Source: Lingula anatina
Taxonomy: Eukaryota; Animalia; Brachiopoda
DNA: 64,000 bases
Reading direction: 5' to 3'
NCBI GenBank assembly: GCA_051362555.1
Contig: CM120643.1
Span: 6,944,001 to 7,008,000, forward strand
Shown: positions 1 through 13,145 of the stretch, piece after piece
Numbering within the stretch: the first letter of the stretch is position 1
Layout of the letters: each line of letters begins with the position of its first letter
Translations under genes and position numbers: made by a program
The notes under the pieces: model-generated
What the model was told of the DNA's origin: nothing
What the model saw: the letters and a program-made list of their open reading frames with translations, nothing else
Databases searched by the model: none

Positions 1-2165
1 ATAGTTCTAAACCATACCAAGTGGTGCCATTCACCCTCTAAAATACCAATTTTTTTCTGGCCCTTTACCACACGCCACTGGGGGGTTGGGGGGGGAAGGG
101 GGGTAAATGGTCAGCTTCACATCCGCGGACACCCCCCCCCCCAGTGGCAGTAATAGGGTTTTTGTCAATTTTAATGTAATATTACATAATGCTTAATCAC
201 CACCAATTTTAATCATGCACAGCAGGTAACATAGATATTCAGGAAATGTGACAAGCAAAAGGTCTTCAGGAAGATGGAAGTTGAAGATCACACCTTAAAT
301 TAGTGAAAAATGAAAATTTCACAAAAATTGTCCAACTTTATGAAGAATGTTTAATTTAGTAATATACATCATTCCTTTAGTTTGAAGAGAATAGTAGGTC
401 AAATTGTTTTTCCTCAAAGGGTGATATCTGCAGACATGAACCTAGGTTTCAAAAAAAAAAAAATTAATAATAATAAAAAAATAAAATAAAAAAAAAACCT
501 CTGAACATTTATCATGGGACCCTACACCTAACCAGCCAGGGGTCCGGGGGCCACCTTAGGAATTGAATTAAAAAACACAGAAATTCCGCGGTTCCATGGA
601 AAAAGCTCATGTCCGTATCTGTATTGCATTTATACTGAAGTAAATACAGAAACCAACAACTTTTGAAAAAAATGGTACAACCAAGTGGATTTTCTACCTC
701 CACCTGTACTTAATGAATACTTATCAGTTGTATAAGTTTGAAAAAATAAGTTTACATAGTTTTCTTATAATAATATTTTAGTTAAACCATCACTTGAAAT
801 GCACTGCCACTTTTTGTTGAAGATCTTAGGGTGCATTCCTATAGATTTAAGATCCATCTATCCCAATGGGGAGTCTCACTAGATTAGATAGATTAGATGT
901 CAGATAATCTGGCTTAAATGTCCTTCCTGCCTACTACAAGCTGTAAGGGGGTAATTATCTTCCGTCCGTGGTCAGCTGACTGCAATTTAGCATGAACCCC
1001 CAGGGAGTTAGGTCGATCTAGTGAGATCGTTCTAATTCTCTGGGAATGCCCTCTTACATTTCCTCTGTAGCTGCTGCTTAAATTGCAATACCTCATGTGA
1101 ATTGGCTTCAGAATAGATGGTTATTTACTATGTAAGAGAGCAAGAAAGTTTTATATGTATTTTGTTTCATTTAGTTTTTAGGGACTTCTTTAAATACAAT
1201 TTTTTAAAAATTATCCTAGTATTTGAAGTAAAGTTCTTAGCTTTTAAATCTTCAGAGTTAAGACAATAACCCATTTCACGCGTTCAAGTTGGATAATTTT
1301 ATTTTGTTAGTACATCTTTAGGTTTACTATTTAGAAAATGATTTCCCATCATATTTGATCTGTTTCTACCTGTAGTGAAACAAAGAAAGCTGAGACGCAG
1401 TTTTTTGGTGCACAGAGAATTTTGAGTGTAAAAGGTAAAAGAGACGAAATGTTAACAACTACTTAGTTTACCTTTTCAATATACTTTTAGCTTGAAAATG
1501 GCTTTTATATTGTTATTTTTGCTGAATTTGAGCAACTTTATACAACTCTAATGAATATGCATTATAGGGCAGTCATCACCTACTTTGATGGAATGAAATA
1601 TTTCTAATAATACTTTTAAACATCTTTTATTTCCAGACAACATGAAAGGTGTACAATGCTTTACACCTCTAACAATTCAATTAGTGAGATAACAAATCTA
1701 ACATCAGAACATTCAACATAACTCACCATAAACATTTCCCTTCTGCAAGCATTTGCCTCATTTTCAATTTCCATATTACTGTGATTACAGGACCAACCTG
1801 GAAGGGGGTGATTAAGACACCCCTGCACACCCCTTAAACAATCAGAGTGTACCCCAATACTGTAACTTTAACACTGTCTTCACACCAAATGTCAGTCACT
1901 ATGTCAGTGCTCAAAGACAATATAAGAAAACAGAATTCATTATTTTTTAAAGTCACTTGTGAAGATTCTCAACCATGAATATGCACTATTATGATATGGC
2001 CTTGTTTATATTACTAGCAAGACCAAGAATAAAAAGGCCTAGATTACAGCTAGTGCACTTGGTTTCAGATTATTGTTCAACATTCATTGGCTCCATTCTT
2101 TTTTTATGTCAGTGGAGAGTTATCAAATCCTCTTCAATGCTGTCAGGAAGCACTTCAAAGGTCTC

Positions 2166-2181
2166 CTAATTATTGGGTAAC
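2166..2181 (-). CDS. FASTKD-like gene, probable terminal coding exon (R-L-P-N-N-stop)
   Basis: Strong acceptor tttcatttgcttttttacAG at 2183-2182. The phase-2 join gives AGG TTA CCC AAT AAT TAG; total CDS would be 2094 nt (697 aa). AATAAA on the minus strand near 1626-1631. Other acceptors in the 4-kb intron cannot be excluded. Confidence 0.45.
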
Positions 2182-2332
2182 CTGTAAAAAAGCAAATGAA
2201 AAACTTCAATATTTCATGATGAAACACTAAAGCCATGCAGTATTCTACAGCAAAAACCTTATAATCTTATTACAAAAATTATTTAACTCCACACAGTGCC
2301 AAAAAGTGTTAATTTTGAAAATATTGTACCTA

Positions 2333-2550
2333 AAACCCTTTACACTGGACAGCGTCCTTTCTGCTTCCTTTGTGCAACCATGAAACTGGCATTGCTGTGG
2401 TTGTAGAAAGGAGCCACAAGCATGACTTTGGTTGCAAAATGAATGCTCAATGATCAGCCAGTTGTCAGAACGTACTCAGTAATTTATTTAAATTTCAAAC
2501 GCGGCCGTACTACAGAATGCAGAAAGGACGCCACCCAATGTAAAGGGGGC
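2333..2550. mobile_element. PIF/Harbinger-type MITE (copy 1, intronic)
   Basis: Imperfect TIRs CCCTTTACACTGGACAGCGTCCTTTCTGC / GCAGAAAGGACGCCACCCAATGTAAAGGGGGC followed by TTA. Interior is the reverse complement of the copy at 17066. Confidence 0.6.
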
Positions 2551-4169
2551 TTAAGAAAAGAGACAGAAAAACTGGCAAATGTACAGGCACAAGTCTTAGT
2601 AAATATAGCCACACAGCAAATATGAAGTAAAAACAAGGCAGCAAAGCTGTCAAATGTAGAAACACAAAGCAGAAAATAAAGATGCAGAAAATAGGTCATT
2701 TTGTCAAATCTGATGCAATTTAATAAATAATGTTTATAACAGCACAGTCAATCAACACTAAAATTTAATCATGCACAATAGGTAACATGGTCAATAAGAT
2801 TACAGTTTCACATATTGTGAAAAATGAGAAAAATGATAGTGCATAAAATAATTTTGTATAATGTTTAAAGGTATTAACACCAATATTATAGCTTATGTGG
2901 AAATACAGAAAATGTACAAAGCTTCGGGTGTGTGGGATCACATCTTGAAGATGCCAGTGTTTGAAAAAAAAAATTAAAATAAAACATAACAAACAATATT
3001 CCAATAAAGCTGCTATTCAAACTTTTAATCTAGTTTTATTAACACGATATGAATAACCCCAGTGAGTATGAGGATAATAAGGCACTGTTATTCATCTATA
3101 GCATTTATGTTAGCATTACACAAAATAATTTTTTTCTTTTGTAAAATTACATGCAATATCAAGCAACATTTACCTGCATAATTATCACTGATTCCTAATT
3201 ATGTGACACTGTTAATTTCAGACTTTTACAAACTGTATCTGGCAGAGAGCTAAACATATGGGAGTTTACAGGGAAATCTCAACATATGTGTAATGTATGT
3301 TTACTAATGTAATCTCATTCAATGGCCAGAAAAATCAACCAATAAGACTTGTTTTCCAGCTAAAGCTGTATTTAAGTCCTGTTTCTTTCCTGTAATTTCA
3401 GTCATGATGAAACTGTAGGTCTGATCACTGATGACCAGCCAAAACTTGTCAAGATGGTAAAAAATTGTACTTCGGCAGTCCAAAGGACCAGCAAGATTTT
3501 TAAGTGTCACCATTTTGAATTTACAGTCATCATTTGACATACTTCACTAACAGCGTTTTTTTTTTCCCCCTCCATTTACTTATCAGGCAAGATATAAAAA
3601 ATGATAACATTCACAGACAAAGTAAGCTAGCCAATCATAGTATCTCTCTCAAACAAATAGAGTGATTCCCTATGGGGAAGCCCCCTGCTCCCGATATTAC
3701 TTGCTCTGGCATTGTCTATTGCTCACGACACACAGACAGCTATCAAGAGAGTGGTCCATGCTGCCAAGCATATGTTAACACGGCAGGGCAAATGTTTCCT
3801 GACAAACTTTTTTCTTTGAAAATAACGTTGGTAGCATAGAAATGAGGTCACCTGATTAACTCAGTAAATTTGATTTCTCAGTTATTGGTACTTCTGTTTA
3901 TATTCAGCCTGCGGCATATCACTGTTTTACGTAAAGATGGTTTAAAAGTTTGGTCAATTCTTCGAACGCGATTCGTGGTGAAAGAACATAAGGCCACACT
4001 TTTTTATTTTTATGGATGACATCCTCTGGGGACCCCGAAATCTGTGTGAGAGGGTGAAAAAAAAAAAAAATACTGCTTAAGTAAAGGAATGCTGAATGTT
4101 TCTTGCTAAACGGTAAAACAGTTTTCCACTTATCATGTTATTGGTGTTGGATACACGCTAAAAAAAAAA

Positions 4170-5830
4170 AAAAAAGCTTAAAAACAGCCTTACTTTTCAC
4201 AAAATGGTCCAATCATGCTGATTTTTTAGCTTGACCCGCGTTTTATGAATATTCATCAGTTCTGTAAGTTTCAAGCGAAAAGGTAAAATGGCTTTCCACT
4301 AATCGTGTTAACAGTGAAAGTGCATGGCGACGACAACAACGACAGACGCAGGTAACTGCTATATGTAGAGACACATCTGTGTTTGTACATAAAAGACTGC
4401 GGAGATGAGAAAATATCAATAGAACAATTTTAAATTTCCAATTTGCACCATTTTGAGATTCTGAACATAGTGAGAGATTGAAACTGCACTGATGTGACTT
4501 TATTTCCATTTCTGACACTATATTACACAATACAAGGTTACAGGTTAACCATCATTTTTATACAATCAACTACCAAAATTGTTTAGGTGCAGAAAATGCC
4601 AAAAGAACACTTTTACATGACTGTCTAATTAGTTCAATAATGACACTGTTAACATGCCTAAGAATCAAATTCATGGTGGATAAAATATGCTGAAAAAAGT
4701 AAAAAACAGCACAACTTTTGGAGAAATGGTCTGATCAGACTGATTTTTAAACTTGACCTGTATTTTATGTATACTCATCAGTTCTGCAAGTTTGAAGACA
4801 AAAATTGAAATGGTTTTCATTTTAATTGTATAACCATAGATTAAATATCCTAAAAAAAACCCCAAAAAACAGAATAACTTTTTGAAAAATGGTATGGAAC
4901 AGGCTGACTTTCAAACTTAAGCTGTATTTTATGAATATTCATCAGTTCCGACACAAGATAGTTTCACGTTTTTTATCCAATAAGGGTAGATAGAATATGC
5001 TGAAAAAAAAATGGAACAATGGTCTGATCAGGCTGATTTTGGCATTTCACTTGTGTTTTTATGAATATTCATCAGTTCTATGAGCTTAAAGATTAAAGGT
5101 AAAACAGTATTCATATTAGTTTACTCTGAAGTGCCTAATAATAGTGCCGGCACGATTATTTTTTTCCCGGAAATTTTCCACCCGGCACAATCTTATTTTC
5201 CCTAGCACGATTAAGAATATCCACACGGGCACAATTATTCGGCTAGGCACTATTATTAATTTCTGAAAATTTTCAGGGGGCACAATTATTCCAGTAGGCA
5301 CTATTATTTGGCACTTCAGAGTACTGTTATGTAATAATGAAAGTGCACGATGACGACAACGACAGCATAAGCAAAGGCTATATGTGCAGACACATCCGTC
5401 TGTACAGAAAAAAATGGTAAGATCATGCTGATTTTCAAATTCGACCTGAATTTATGAATATTCATCAGTTCGAAGAGATTAGGTCAATGTGTCTGTACAT
5501 AAAAACTGACACCAATTCCAGTGTTGGGCTTGACAAGCTCTACAAAATGCAACAAACAAGAGGTCTCTGGCATTTTAAGTTCAAAAATAGGTGTAAGAGA
5601 CTTATGAGTTTTGGCACCAAATGACTGCTTCTCCCATAGAAATGCACCGATTGACCTCAAACTTAAGAAGATGAAAGGAGACCATAAGAGTAACACTTCA
5701 TTATAATATGACAGCTTAGGTCTGTGTAGTTTCTGAAAAAAGGCAAAACCTTTTTTTTCTTTTTGCAAAATCTTGGCCGGTTTGACATTGAAAGGATCAT
5801 TTGCAACAATTGCTACTGGAAAGAAAGCTA
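4170..5830. repeat. Cluster of degraded Helentron/HINE-like repeat fragments
   Basis: Recurrent TTTATGAATATTCATCAGTT block (about 4242, 4928, 5058, 5451) and GACGACAACGAC microsatellite-like ends (4328, 5352; inverted relative at about 12090). 5620-5800 aligns by eye with 39998-40190 of the intact HINE. Confidence 0.55.
5124..5321. mobile_element. Tc1/mariner-type MITE
   Basis: 25-bp TIRs CTCTGAAGTGCCTAATAATAGTGCC / GGCACTATTATTTGGCACTTCAGAG (1 mismatch), TA on both sides, internal GGCAC(A/G)ATTATT sub-repeats. Confidence 0.8.
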
Positions 5831-6277
5831 CTAGTAAATAAGAAATGTTTGAAAAGAAGACCAAGAACAACATACATGGACAACATAAAAGAATAAACAG
5901 GTCAAAAAAAGTATAGTTCAAGTATTTGAGAGATGTGGTGATCCATGACAGTCAACCTGCTATGAATGGATGGCACCCAGTGATGATGAAGTACACTCAA
6001 TTTATATAACAATTTTGGGTAAATAGTTTTAAGGCCCAGATCTCAAAACAAGGATGACTTTTATTGTCAGTTATCAATTTCTGTATTCTTAGCTTAGTTA
6101 TGCCAAAAAATTCTACTTTGTGCAAAACAGGCAGCAAGCAACCCCCCCCCCCAAAAAAAAAAAACAAGGAAAAAGTACAAATAGCAATAAGATTCTATCA
6201 CAAAGTGTTACGTCTACCTCTTTCACAATATTTTTAAAGAATTACTCTGTTCAGAAAACTTAGTGTTACTTCCTTAC

Positions 6278-6419
6278 CTTATGTGAGGGATTTTTTCCAA
6301 TTCCTCCTTCAAAAACTTGTGCAAACTTGCAGATTTCTCTTTCACCATAAAAAAAGGCACCTCTAGAACCTCTCTGTATCCTGCTTGATATAGGAATTTT
6401 TTGTAAGCCTTTGCTTCAC
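6278..6419 (-). CDS. FASTKD-like gene, coding exon 2 (C-terminal half of RAP domain)
   Basis: Acceptor ttttttattcaccAG and donor AG|GTAAGG. The 142 nt continue the phase-1 frame as (G)EAKAYKKFLYQAGYREVLEVPFFMVKEKSASLHKFLKEELEKIPHI(R), matching the RAP pattern G..K.R.L..xGY.V..VP. Confidence 0.8.
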
Positions 6420-7123
6420 CTGGTGAATAAAAAAACCCAAATCAATGTTAACATAAAACATATTTCAATGTCTTACTGAGAGGAAATGTGTGCCTGAATG
6501 CACTGAAAAATTAATATTTACACAAAGAAAACCTAATCATGTCAAAACTTTATCACATAGACATATAACCATTCAAATTAAGATGGCCTCTGTTTAAAAC
6601 ATGAAATAATACACTGTTACCTGGGAAATATATACCACAGTTACATGCTGTGATTCAGTGAGGCAGAGTATAGTACTTATTATTTGACATGAATACACAG
6701 AGAGAAAGTACTCAAATTTCACAAAAAAAAAAAAAAAAAAGGTACATAGCCACAGTCAAATTTATATAACATCTATAGGTATAACTGATAAATGCTTATT
6801 GAAATCAACAAGGCAGGTGCACAGCTTGCTACTTACATATGTTGAATTTATATGAGATGTGTACTATACAAGCGTCAGTTGTCTACGTTACTCTCTACTG
6901 ATACATCATTGTTGTCCTTTGTACCCTATTGTTATTCTCAGTACCCCATTGTTGTTATGGCTATATAAGCTGGCCCTCAGTGGGTAACCAGCAAGTATAT
7001 AGAAGAAATAGGCTCAATACACTGAAGACAAGCTTGTGTTAGTTATAACCCCAAGCTGCTCATGGCAGCAGGGTGGGATTACTAAAGCTATCTCTACATA
7101 CAACAACCACATTTTTAACTCAC

Positions 7124-9059
7124 CAGTTAACATTGGCTTGTTGATAAAGAAATCTTCATCATGAAGAATCCATACTGCTATTCTTCTCCATCTTTCTGGC
7201 AAGGCAGACATGTTTTCCATTTTGAGGAACCCATTTTCATCAAAGACTCTGGGCACCAGCTTCATGTCTACAGGCTCATTTAATTCATTCAAACAGAACT
7301 CCACAACAGCACGATATATGGGAAGTACTGGTGTGACTCTTGCCATGTGGGGACCACCAAGAATCCTCCGTACAGCTGCTGAAACAGCCTGCGTTGAGGA
7401 ATGCTGACATCTGATTTTCAATTTCTCTGCCCAGTATTGAATACCATCTGCTTTGTATAGGCTTGGTGGAATCTTCTCAACATACTTGTCAATTTGCTCT
7501 ATTTCTAACCTTCCACACAACTCCACAATCCACATACACCCTTGAGGCTTCATGACATTTAATGATTCCTCCTTCATCAGACCAGACTGGAAACAACTAT
7601 CAAGAATTCCACTGAAGACTTCATAATAGCCATGACGGCACATCAAATGACAAGCAATGGAAAGCAATTTGAAAGGAGGGATATTTCTCCCTTGATTTTG
7701 CACTAAATCAACCACTTTTTTTAAAAAAGCAATATTTGTATTGCAATCCATTAGTAGGTAAGCTTGAACTAATCTATAACCATCCTCCCCATCGATATCT
7801 TGTGCATTAGCCACAAAGTTCTCAGCAACTTTCAACAGCATTTCATGATCAGAATAATACATTACACTAAATTGCCATGTAATACCAATTTGCTGTCTCA
7901 ATGGCAACAAAGATGCATGCTTCTTAAATATCTCAGCAAGTTCTGTAACATATTGTACATCCATGAAACCTTTATTCAACTTCTGCTTTCGGGCTAAGCC
8001 CAACATCCACTTAATGCACAGAAATGCAAGTCTCTTGTATTCTTCAGTTCCATCACAAAGCAGAATCTCCAACCCCTTCCATAAAATGTCAGAGGGCACC
8101 AAATATTCAACATTATTACAGAGACTGACATACCTGTACACTTCTCTCGGCTCAGAGAATTCACTGTCGAATTTCAGCTCCTGTAAAAAATGTCTTACAT
8201 CATTTTCATCCACCCATTTTCCTTCCAGTGCACAAGAATAGTGTGTTGCAGATTGTAGAACACTAACAAGCCAGTGAATTTCTTTGCCTCCAAGTTCTTT
8301 CCTCTCTAGCTTTGCCTCACTCATCAAGTGCTTTAAGAAAATCCTCATCTGCTCTTCAAGGTAATTCTGCTTGTGTAGTACAGACAGATGTAACCATTGA
8401 TGGCAGGCATCTATCCTAATCTTAACATGCCATTCGGACCATACCTGTGACATGTGTCTCTCCAGTTCTTTATAAAACTGAAGGATTTCTGGAGATGGCT
8501 GAATTAAAACCCCAACTAACAACAATCTGTTTAACTGACGTAGAACACTTCCCTCCATCAAACCTTTGTCGAGGATGGTTAGCAGGGCTGATGATAACCT
8601 GTCATCTTGTAAAAGATGAGTGTTTTGATATGTTGGCGAATCCCTCAAACATTTAAGACTAACAGCATATATATACGGTAGAACTCCGCCAAGGTCCTTT
8701 TCAGCTTCACGAGCACCGTTCTCGTAATCACTAATAATCTCCGCTTCGCTCCTTCCATCTTGCAAAAGGTACTCCTTCGCAACTCTTTCCAAATGATCTT
8801 GGTTGCGTCTGATGATGACGTTATATTCAATTTTCCGTGGATTTTTTGTAGAATATGACAGCTCAGTCCCAGTGGTAACTTTCCCCATCGTCCAACCCCA
8901 CATCATGTGAGGGCTTCGCCTTCGGAGTTGAGAGACGGCACATGTAAATCGCAGCGATTGATGGCATCGCGAGGGTTGTGCCAAACACTGAGTTATTCTA
9001 CCAACAAAACTGGGTCGACTACAACTTCGGTAGACATATCTCAGTGCCGAATAAAACAT
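7124..9059 (-). CDS. FAST kinase domain-containing (FASTKD-like) mitochondrial RNA-binding protein, coding exon 1
   Basis: Long ORF (track 7014..9134). First in-frame ATG at 9059 gives an R/S-rich, acid-free N-terminus (MFYSALRYVYRSCSRPSFVGR...) typical of a mitochondrial presequence, followed by a helical Leu-rich body and a RAP-like start (WRRIAVWILHDEDFFINKPMLTG). Canonical donor G|GTGAGT at 7124/7123, phase 1. Paralogue number cannot be assigned by eye. Confidence 0.8.
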
Positions 9060-9061
9060 GA

Positions 9062-9142
9062 TTACATGATTAAAATGTTCCCAGTACTGAACACGTCCAT
9101 GGCCTCCACCTCGACCACGAGGCAGTTGAGGCAAGCTCGCAT
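9062..9142 (-). CDS. Upstream ORF (26 aa, MRACLNCLVVEVEAMDVFSTGNILIM) ending 2 nt before the FASTKD-like ATG
   Basis: Three in-frame ATGs, the second in strong Kozak context GCCATGG; ends ATG TAA TC ATG(main). Confidence 0.45.
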   Translation of the reverse strand: MRACLNCLVVEVEAMDVFSTGNILIM

Positions 9143-9149
9143 TTGTAGA

Positions 9150-9660
9150 AACGGCAGGTCAGGTCACAAAATGGCGGAAAACGGCATTTCAGGCTACAAG
9201 AAAAAATGACATAAAAAGCGGAACCTTATACCAAGGAATAAACACCCCTTTCAACGCAATCTGACGTGAACAGCCCAAACCCGTATCTTTTATATCATGT
9301 TACCTTTTCTTGAGCATTTTCCATGGCTATAAGGACACGAGTTCTTGTAAAAACTTCAAGGGATAAGAACTGTTCATTTTGGCCAAAAAATGAATTTTGC
9401 TGGGGTAAACAACAATTTTCCCAGTCTTACTAATGGTAAATGAATACATTCCGACATTCAAAGTTAGTCCGTGTTTTTCCTTAAAAGTTCTGTTAATTAC
9501 ATTTATGTGGACTTTTCTTTAAACAGCAACAATTTCTACATAGAATTGACGTCATCTCTCAGCTGGCCTATGGTAGAAATTAAAGATAAATAGATATATA
9601 TAGAATTGACGTAAAAATTAAAAATAAATATATATATATATATAGAATTGACGTCATCAC
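9150..9660 (-). promoter_or_regulatory. Probable promoter of the FASTKD-like gene
   Basis: Locally CpG-richer. YY1-type AAAATGGCGG at about 9168-9177, CGGAA ETS-like core at about 9219, and perfect CRE palindromes TGACGTCA at about 9547 and 9649 (in a short local duplication). Confidence 0.45.
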
Positions 9661-10087
9661 TCAGCTGGCTCTGGTACAAAGTAATTTTGTAAAGGCATTA
9701 TTAATTGACAAAAAATGTCACTTTTAGTTGGAAAAGGCGTCCTTTAAAAAATAATTTGTCAGTGGGGATTTTGGGGGATAGTGAAGAAACAATTAAAACT
9801 GACAGCTCATCAAAGGGATTCCAGGATAAATGAGATTATCTGTTTACCCCACTTCTACCTGGAGATGTGCCTTCATTAAGGTTAGCAACATGATTAATGG
9901 GGGGGAGGGGGGAGGGGGGAGGTTAAAACAACAAAGATAGAGTGTCAGTAAGTTCATCAAAGGGATTCCTGGATAAATGAGATGATCTGTTATCCCTATC
10001 TCTACCTGGTGAACATTTTGATCTAAGGCAGGCATTTATAATTTTTCTCAGTGTCACATTGTTTATTCTCAGTATTATATTCATTAC

Positions 10088-10257
10088 AGGGGGGATTGTC
10101 CGGGGGTCGGTTGTAAAGGGGGAAATAGCCAGGTGGGGAGGATTATCGGGGGGGGGGGGAGGATTATCGGGGGGGGGGGAGGATTATCCGGGAGGGGAGG
10201 ATTATCCGGGGGGGGGAAGAGGATTATCTTTGGGGGGGGGGGGGGGGTCCTAATACC
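10088..10257 (+). repeat. G-rich minisatellite (poly-G + AGGATTATC units)
   Basis: Five units of G-run plus AGGATTATC; strong G-quadruplex potential. Confidence 0.7.
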
Positions 10258-10879
10258 TGCGACCACATCACATCCAGCCACCTAGCGCGTTCAAATATTT
10301 TTTCAATTTGTCATCCTTTCCCTTAATTAATATGTACGGTTAGCAATTCTTGATAATCTCACACAAAGTGATTGTGGCTTCAAAATACATTTATTTAAGA
10401 CATATAAAACAAAATACGTATCTAAGTTCACATATAACATGGCACCGACAACAGACGAGGTTGGCCACTCACAGCGCAGCATAACTAGTGTTATAATTAT
10501 GATATTTATTCTTGCAAATATAAGTTAGATTTTACATGGACTTTTGAAGAGTGATAAAAGTAACTAAAACACATTATGACATATTCCACTAACAACATAA
10601 AGAAGATTTAACTGAATAAATTATGAAATCAATCTGCTCTTTAAAATAGTTCAATAACATAAAATAGGAATTCAATTATTAGAACATAAGATAAATCAGT
10701 TTACAGTTTAAAGTATTGACGTTTGTACATTAAAATTCTTGCGAGTCCATGGGATAAAGGTCTTTGCTCAAACAAGTTTTTGAATATAAAAATTCTGAGG
10801 GTGTCTTGGGGAATGTGAATATTCTATAACTTTTGGTATAATAAATGATTTTGTTTATGATCTTCCATACATGCTCTTC

Positions 10880-10915
10880 CATACACATACATACATACAT
10901 ACATACATACACACA
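10880..10915. repeat. (ATAC)n microsatellite
   Basis: Direct reading. Confidence 0.85.
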
Positions 10916-13114
10916 TGAATATTTGACTACTTAAATCATCGCACTGTTTTGTACAGGAATGGAATTTGTCTCTTTAAGGCCGGGGTTAACGGGGTGTTTG
11001 GATACAGTAACTTAAATATGTAGTGATACATATAGGCAGGACACAAAAAGTTCTAGAAGAAAACAAAATAATTCTCATTTATTGCAATTAATATAACAAA
11101 AAATCCACATTTGTATGTTTATGTCAGACGAAATGTCACAGTTACAATCTACACGTGTTTGCAGGGACACTCTTTTTTTTTTTAGTCAATTCCTTTTCCA
11201 TTAAAAGGAAGATGTTTTACTCTCAAATAGAAATACAGGGTGTCCCAGTATAAACGTAACCCAAAAATGTGAACGCCGTTTATTTTCTGTTTGCAAATTA
11301 TATACAATTCATATATATCTGAAAACTGCAGAAGTTAGCAAATTTACTGCTACAAACAATATGTCACGTGCTCTACTGGCAAAGATTTTGTCGTCATTTA
11401 TAGAAAATATTCCAAATGTGCTCTGTTATACATTGCACAGTGTCTTTCAATTCATAATGTAGTTTTATCAAGGAGTTATAACTCCTTGGTTTTATTAAGT
11501 AGTAAACATTAGAATGTCAATTCGAGGACTAGCGAAAACGTTCTTCAAATTTGTAAAGTGTATTGAACGAAACTGATCTGGGCACTCAGTCGTATGTATG
11601 CAGTCACAGACTACATATTCCTCCGTTTAAATCGCACCGCACGCACAGTCTGTTCTCACGTGGTCTTCTGACCCACCTGTCCATCAATCATCACTGTACT
11701 AAATATAAACATATCAATCATACACTGTAAATCTACAAAGTTTATTAAGTTTCCTGTTATAACCTCTCAGCAAAATTGAACTAAATGTACACCATCCCAC
11801 CAAGGAAATTTCAAATTTATATTAAAGGAAAAAAAGAAGAAAAAAACAAGGGCAAATAGAAAAGATCTCATGTTGAGCGATCTTTCAATATTTGATTTAA
11901 GCTTTCAAGTAAGACAATATTTTTAATCAGGGATAAGACAAAAAGAAGATATCCTCCAACTGAAGTAAATGTTATTAGGTGCAAATAATAGTACTAAGGA
12001 CTAAGTAGGCTAAAAAATCTTTATTTAACTGGGGCCTACCAAAAGTCGCATGCAGTGTATATGTGTACATAGCTGTACAAGTAAAGCTATCGCCTGCGTC
12101 CGTCGTCGTCGTGCATATTTCACTGTTATAGCAATAAATTGATAACAGTGTGGCTATTTTTTTTGTTTGTTTGTTATTCTCAAACTTACTGGAGTAATTC
12201 ATATTATGATAAATACAGTCCACGTTCAAATGGCAGATATATTGAGTCTTTTTTCCTTAAATTATCCCGCTTTTTTTACTTTTCTGTTATATATTATAAT
12301 GTAAGACTTGATAACGCAATAAAAGGAAAACCCCGTGACTTATCATACTGAAATTTACAGAATCACTTTTTAGCATGAGTATTAGAATACAGGCCAAGGG
12401 CAAATGTCAACTTTATCGGACCATTTTTGGCGAAGGTTATCCCATGTCCCCCTTTCCTTCGAATGGAATGTGTAGTCTCTCCTGACGCTCTGCTTTCCGT
12501 AGTTGTTATAACTAAAGCTTGCTCGAGTCCGTCTTAACGCTTAATAAAATAATTTGTAATCGGATATACATAAATATTCTGTCGTTAAAGAGTCTAGATT
12601 TATGATTTTAGTCGCTACGAGAGAAAATAATATAGCTTGATAAAAGTATTGATCAAATAGGCCCATGATCATTAATATAAAGCGTGTTATTATAAATAGG
12701 TAATAATTTACAAATAATTAGCTTCACTTCTTTCGGCTTCTCGATCCTAGACAACGTCTCGACATGCATTCCCAGAGAAAAAAAATGTATCGCCTGCAGG
12801 GGCCTCAAGTACGATTACCACTGTTACATAGTACTCTTTTTTCATATAAATGAAATTCATGACATTTGGACAATTTTGAAATAAGTGCATTCAGTACAAA
12901 AAGTTTCGAGTATTTTAATTTTTTTTATTATGACACTCCCGAGAAATTATAAGGAAAATTTTCATGTCAACGCCCTCTATGATTTATTACTGTCTTCACT
13001 AGCACAATATGATGAAATTCATGGACAACGTCACAATCATGTTGAGATAGACTCTGAGGTCAAATAATGTAGCATTAAAACTGTTGTAACTCAACTTCCT
13101 CTATTCTCCCGGAC

Positions 13115-13145
<31 letters not shown>

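Noticed and set aside
170-430. Similarity to 2720-2960 suggesting duplicated exons
   Set aside because: No open frame or splice pattern; more likely two old copies of a dispersed repeat.
5484-5921. 145-aa hydrophobic ORF
   Set aside because: Non-ATG start, overlaps degraded HINE sequence inside an intron, AT-driven composition.
7014-7123. C-terminal 36 codons of the 706-aa track ORF
   Set aside because: Lies after a canonical GTGAGT donor; exon 6419-6278 gives the RAP-consistent continuation.
9060-9134. N-terminal extension MPQLPRG... of the track ORF
   Set aside because: Starts at TTG, not ATG; the presequence-like segment begins at ATG 9059.
7210-9209. Plus-strand ORFs overlapping the FASTKD-like exon
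   Set aside because: Short antisense shadows of a coding exon with no motifs.
11236-11270. TACAGGGTGTCCC mariner-like terminus
   Set aside because: No matching second TIR found; at most a solitary end.
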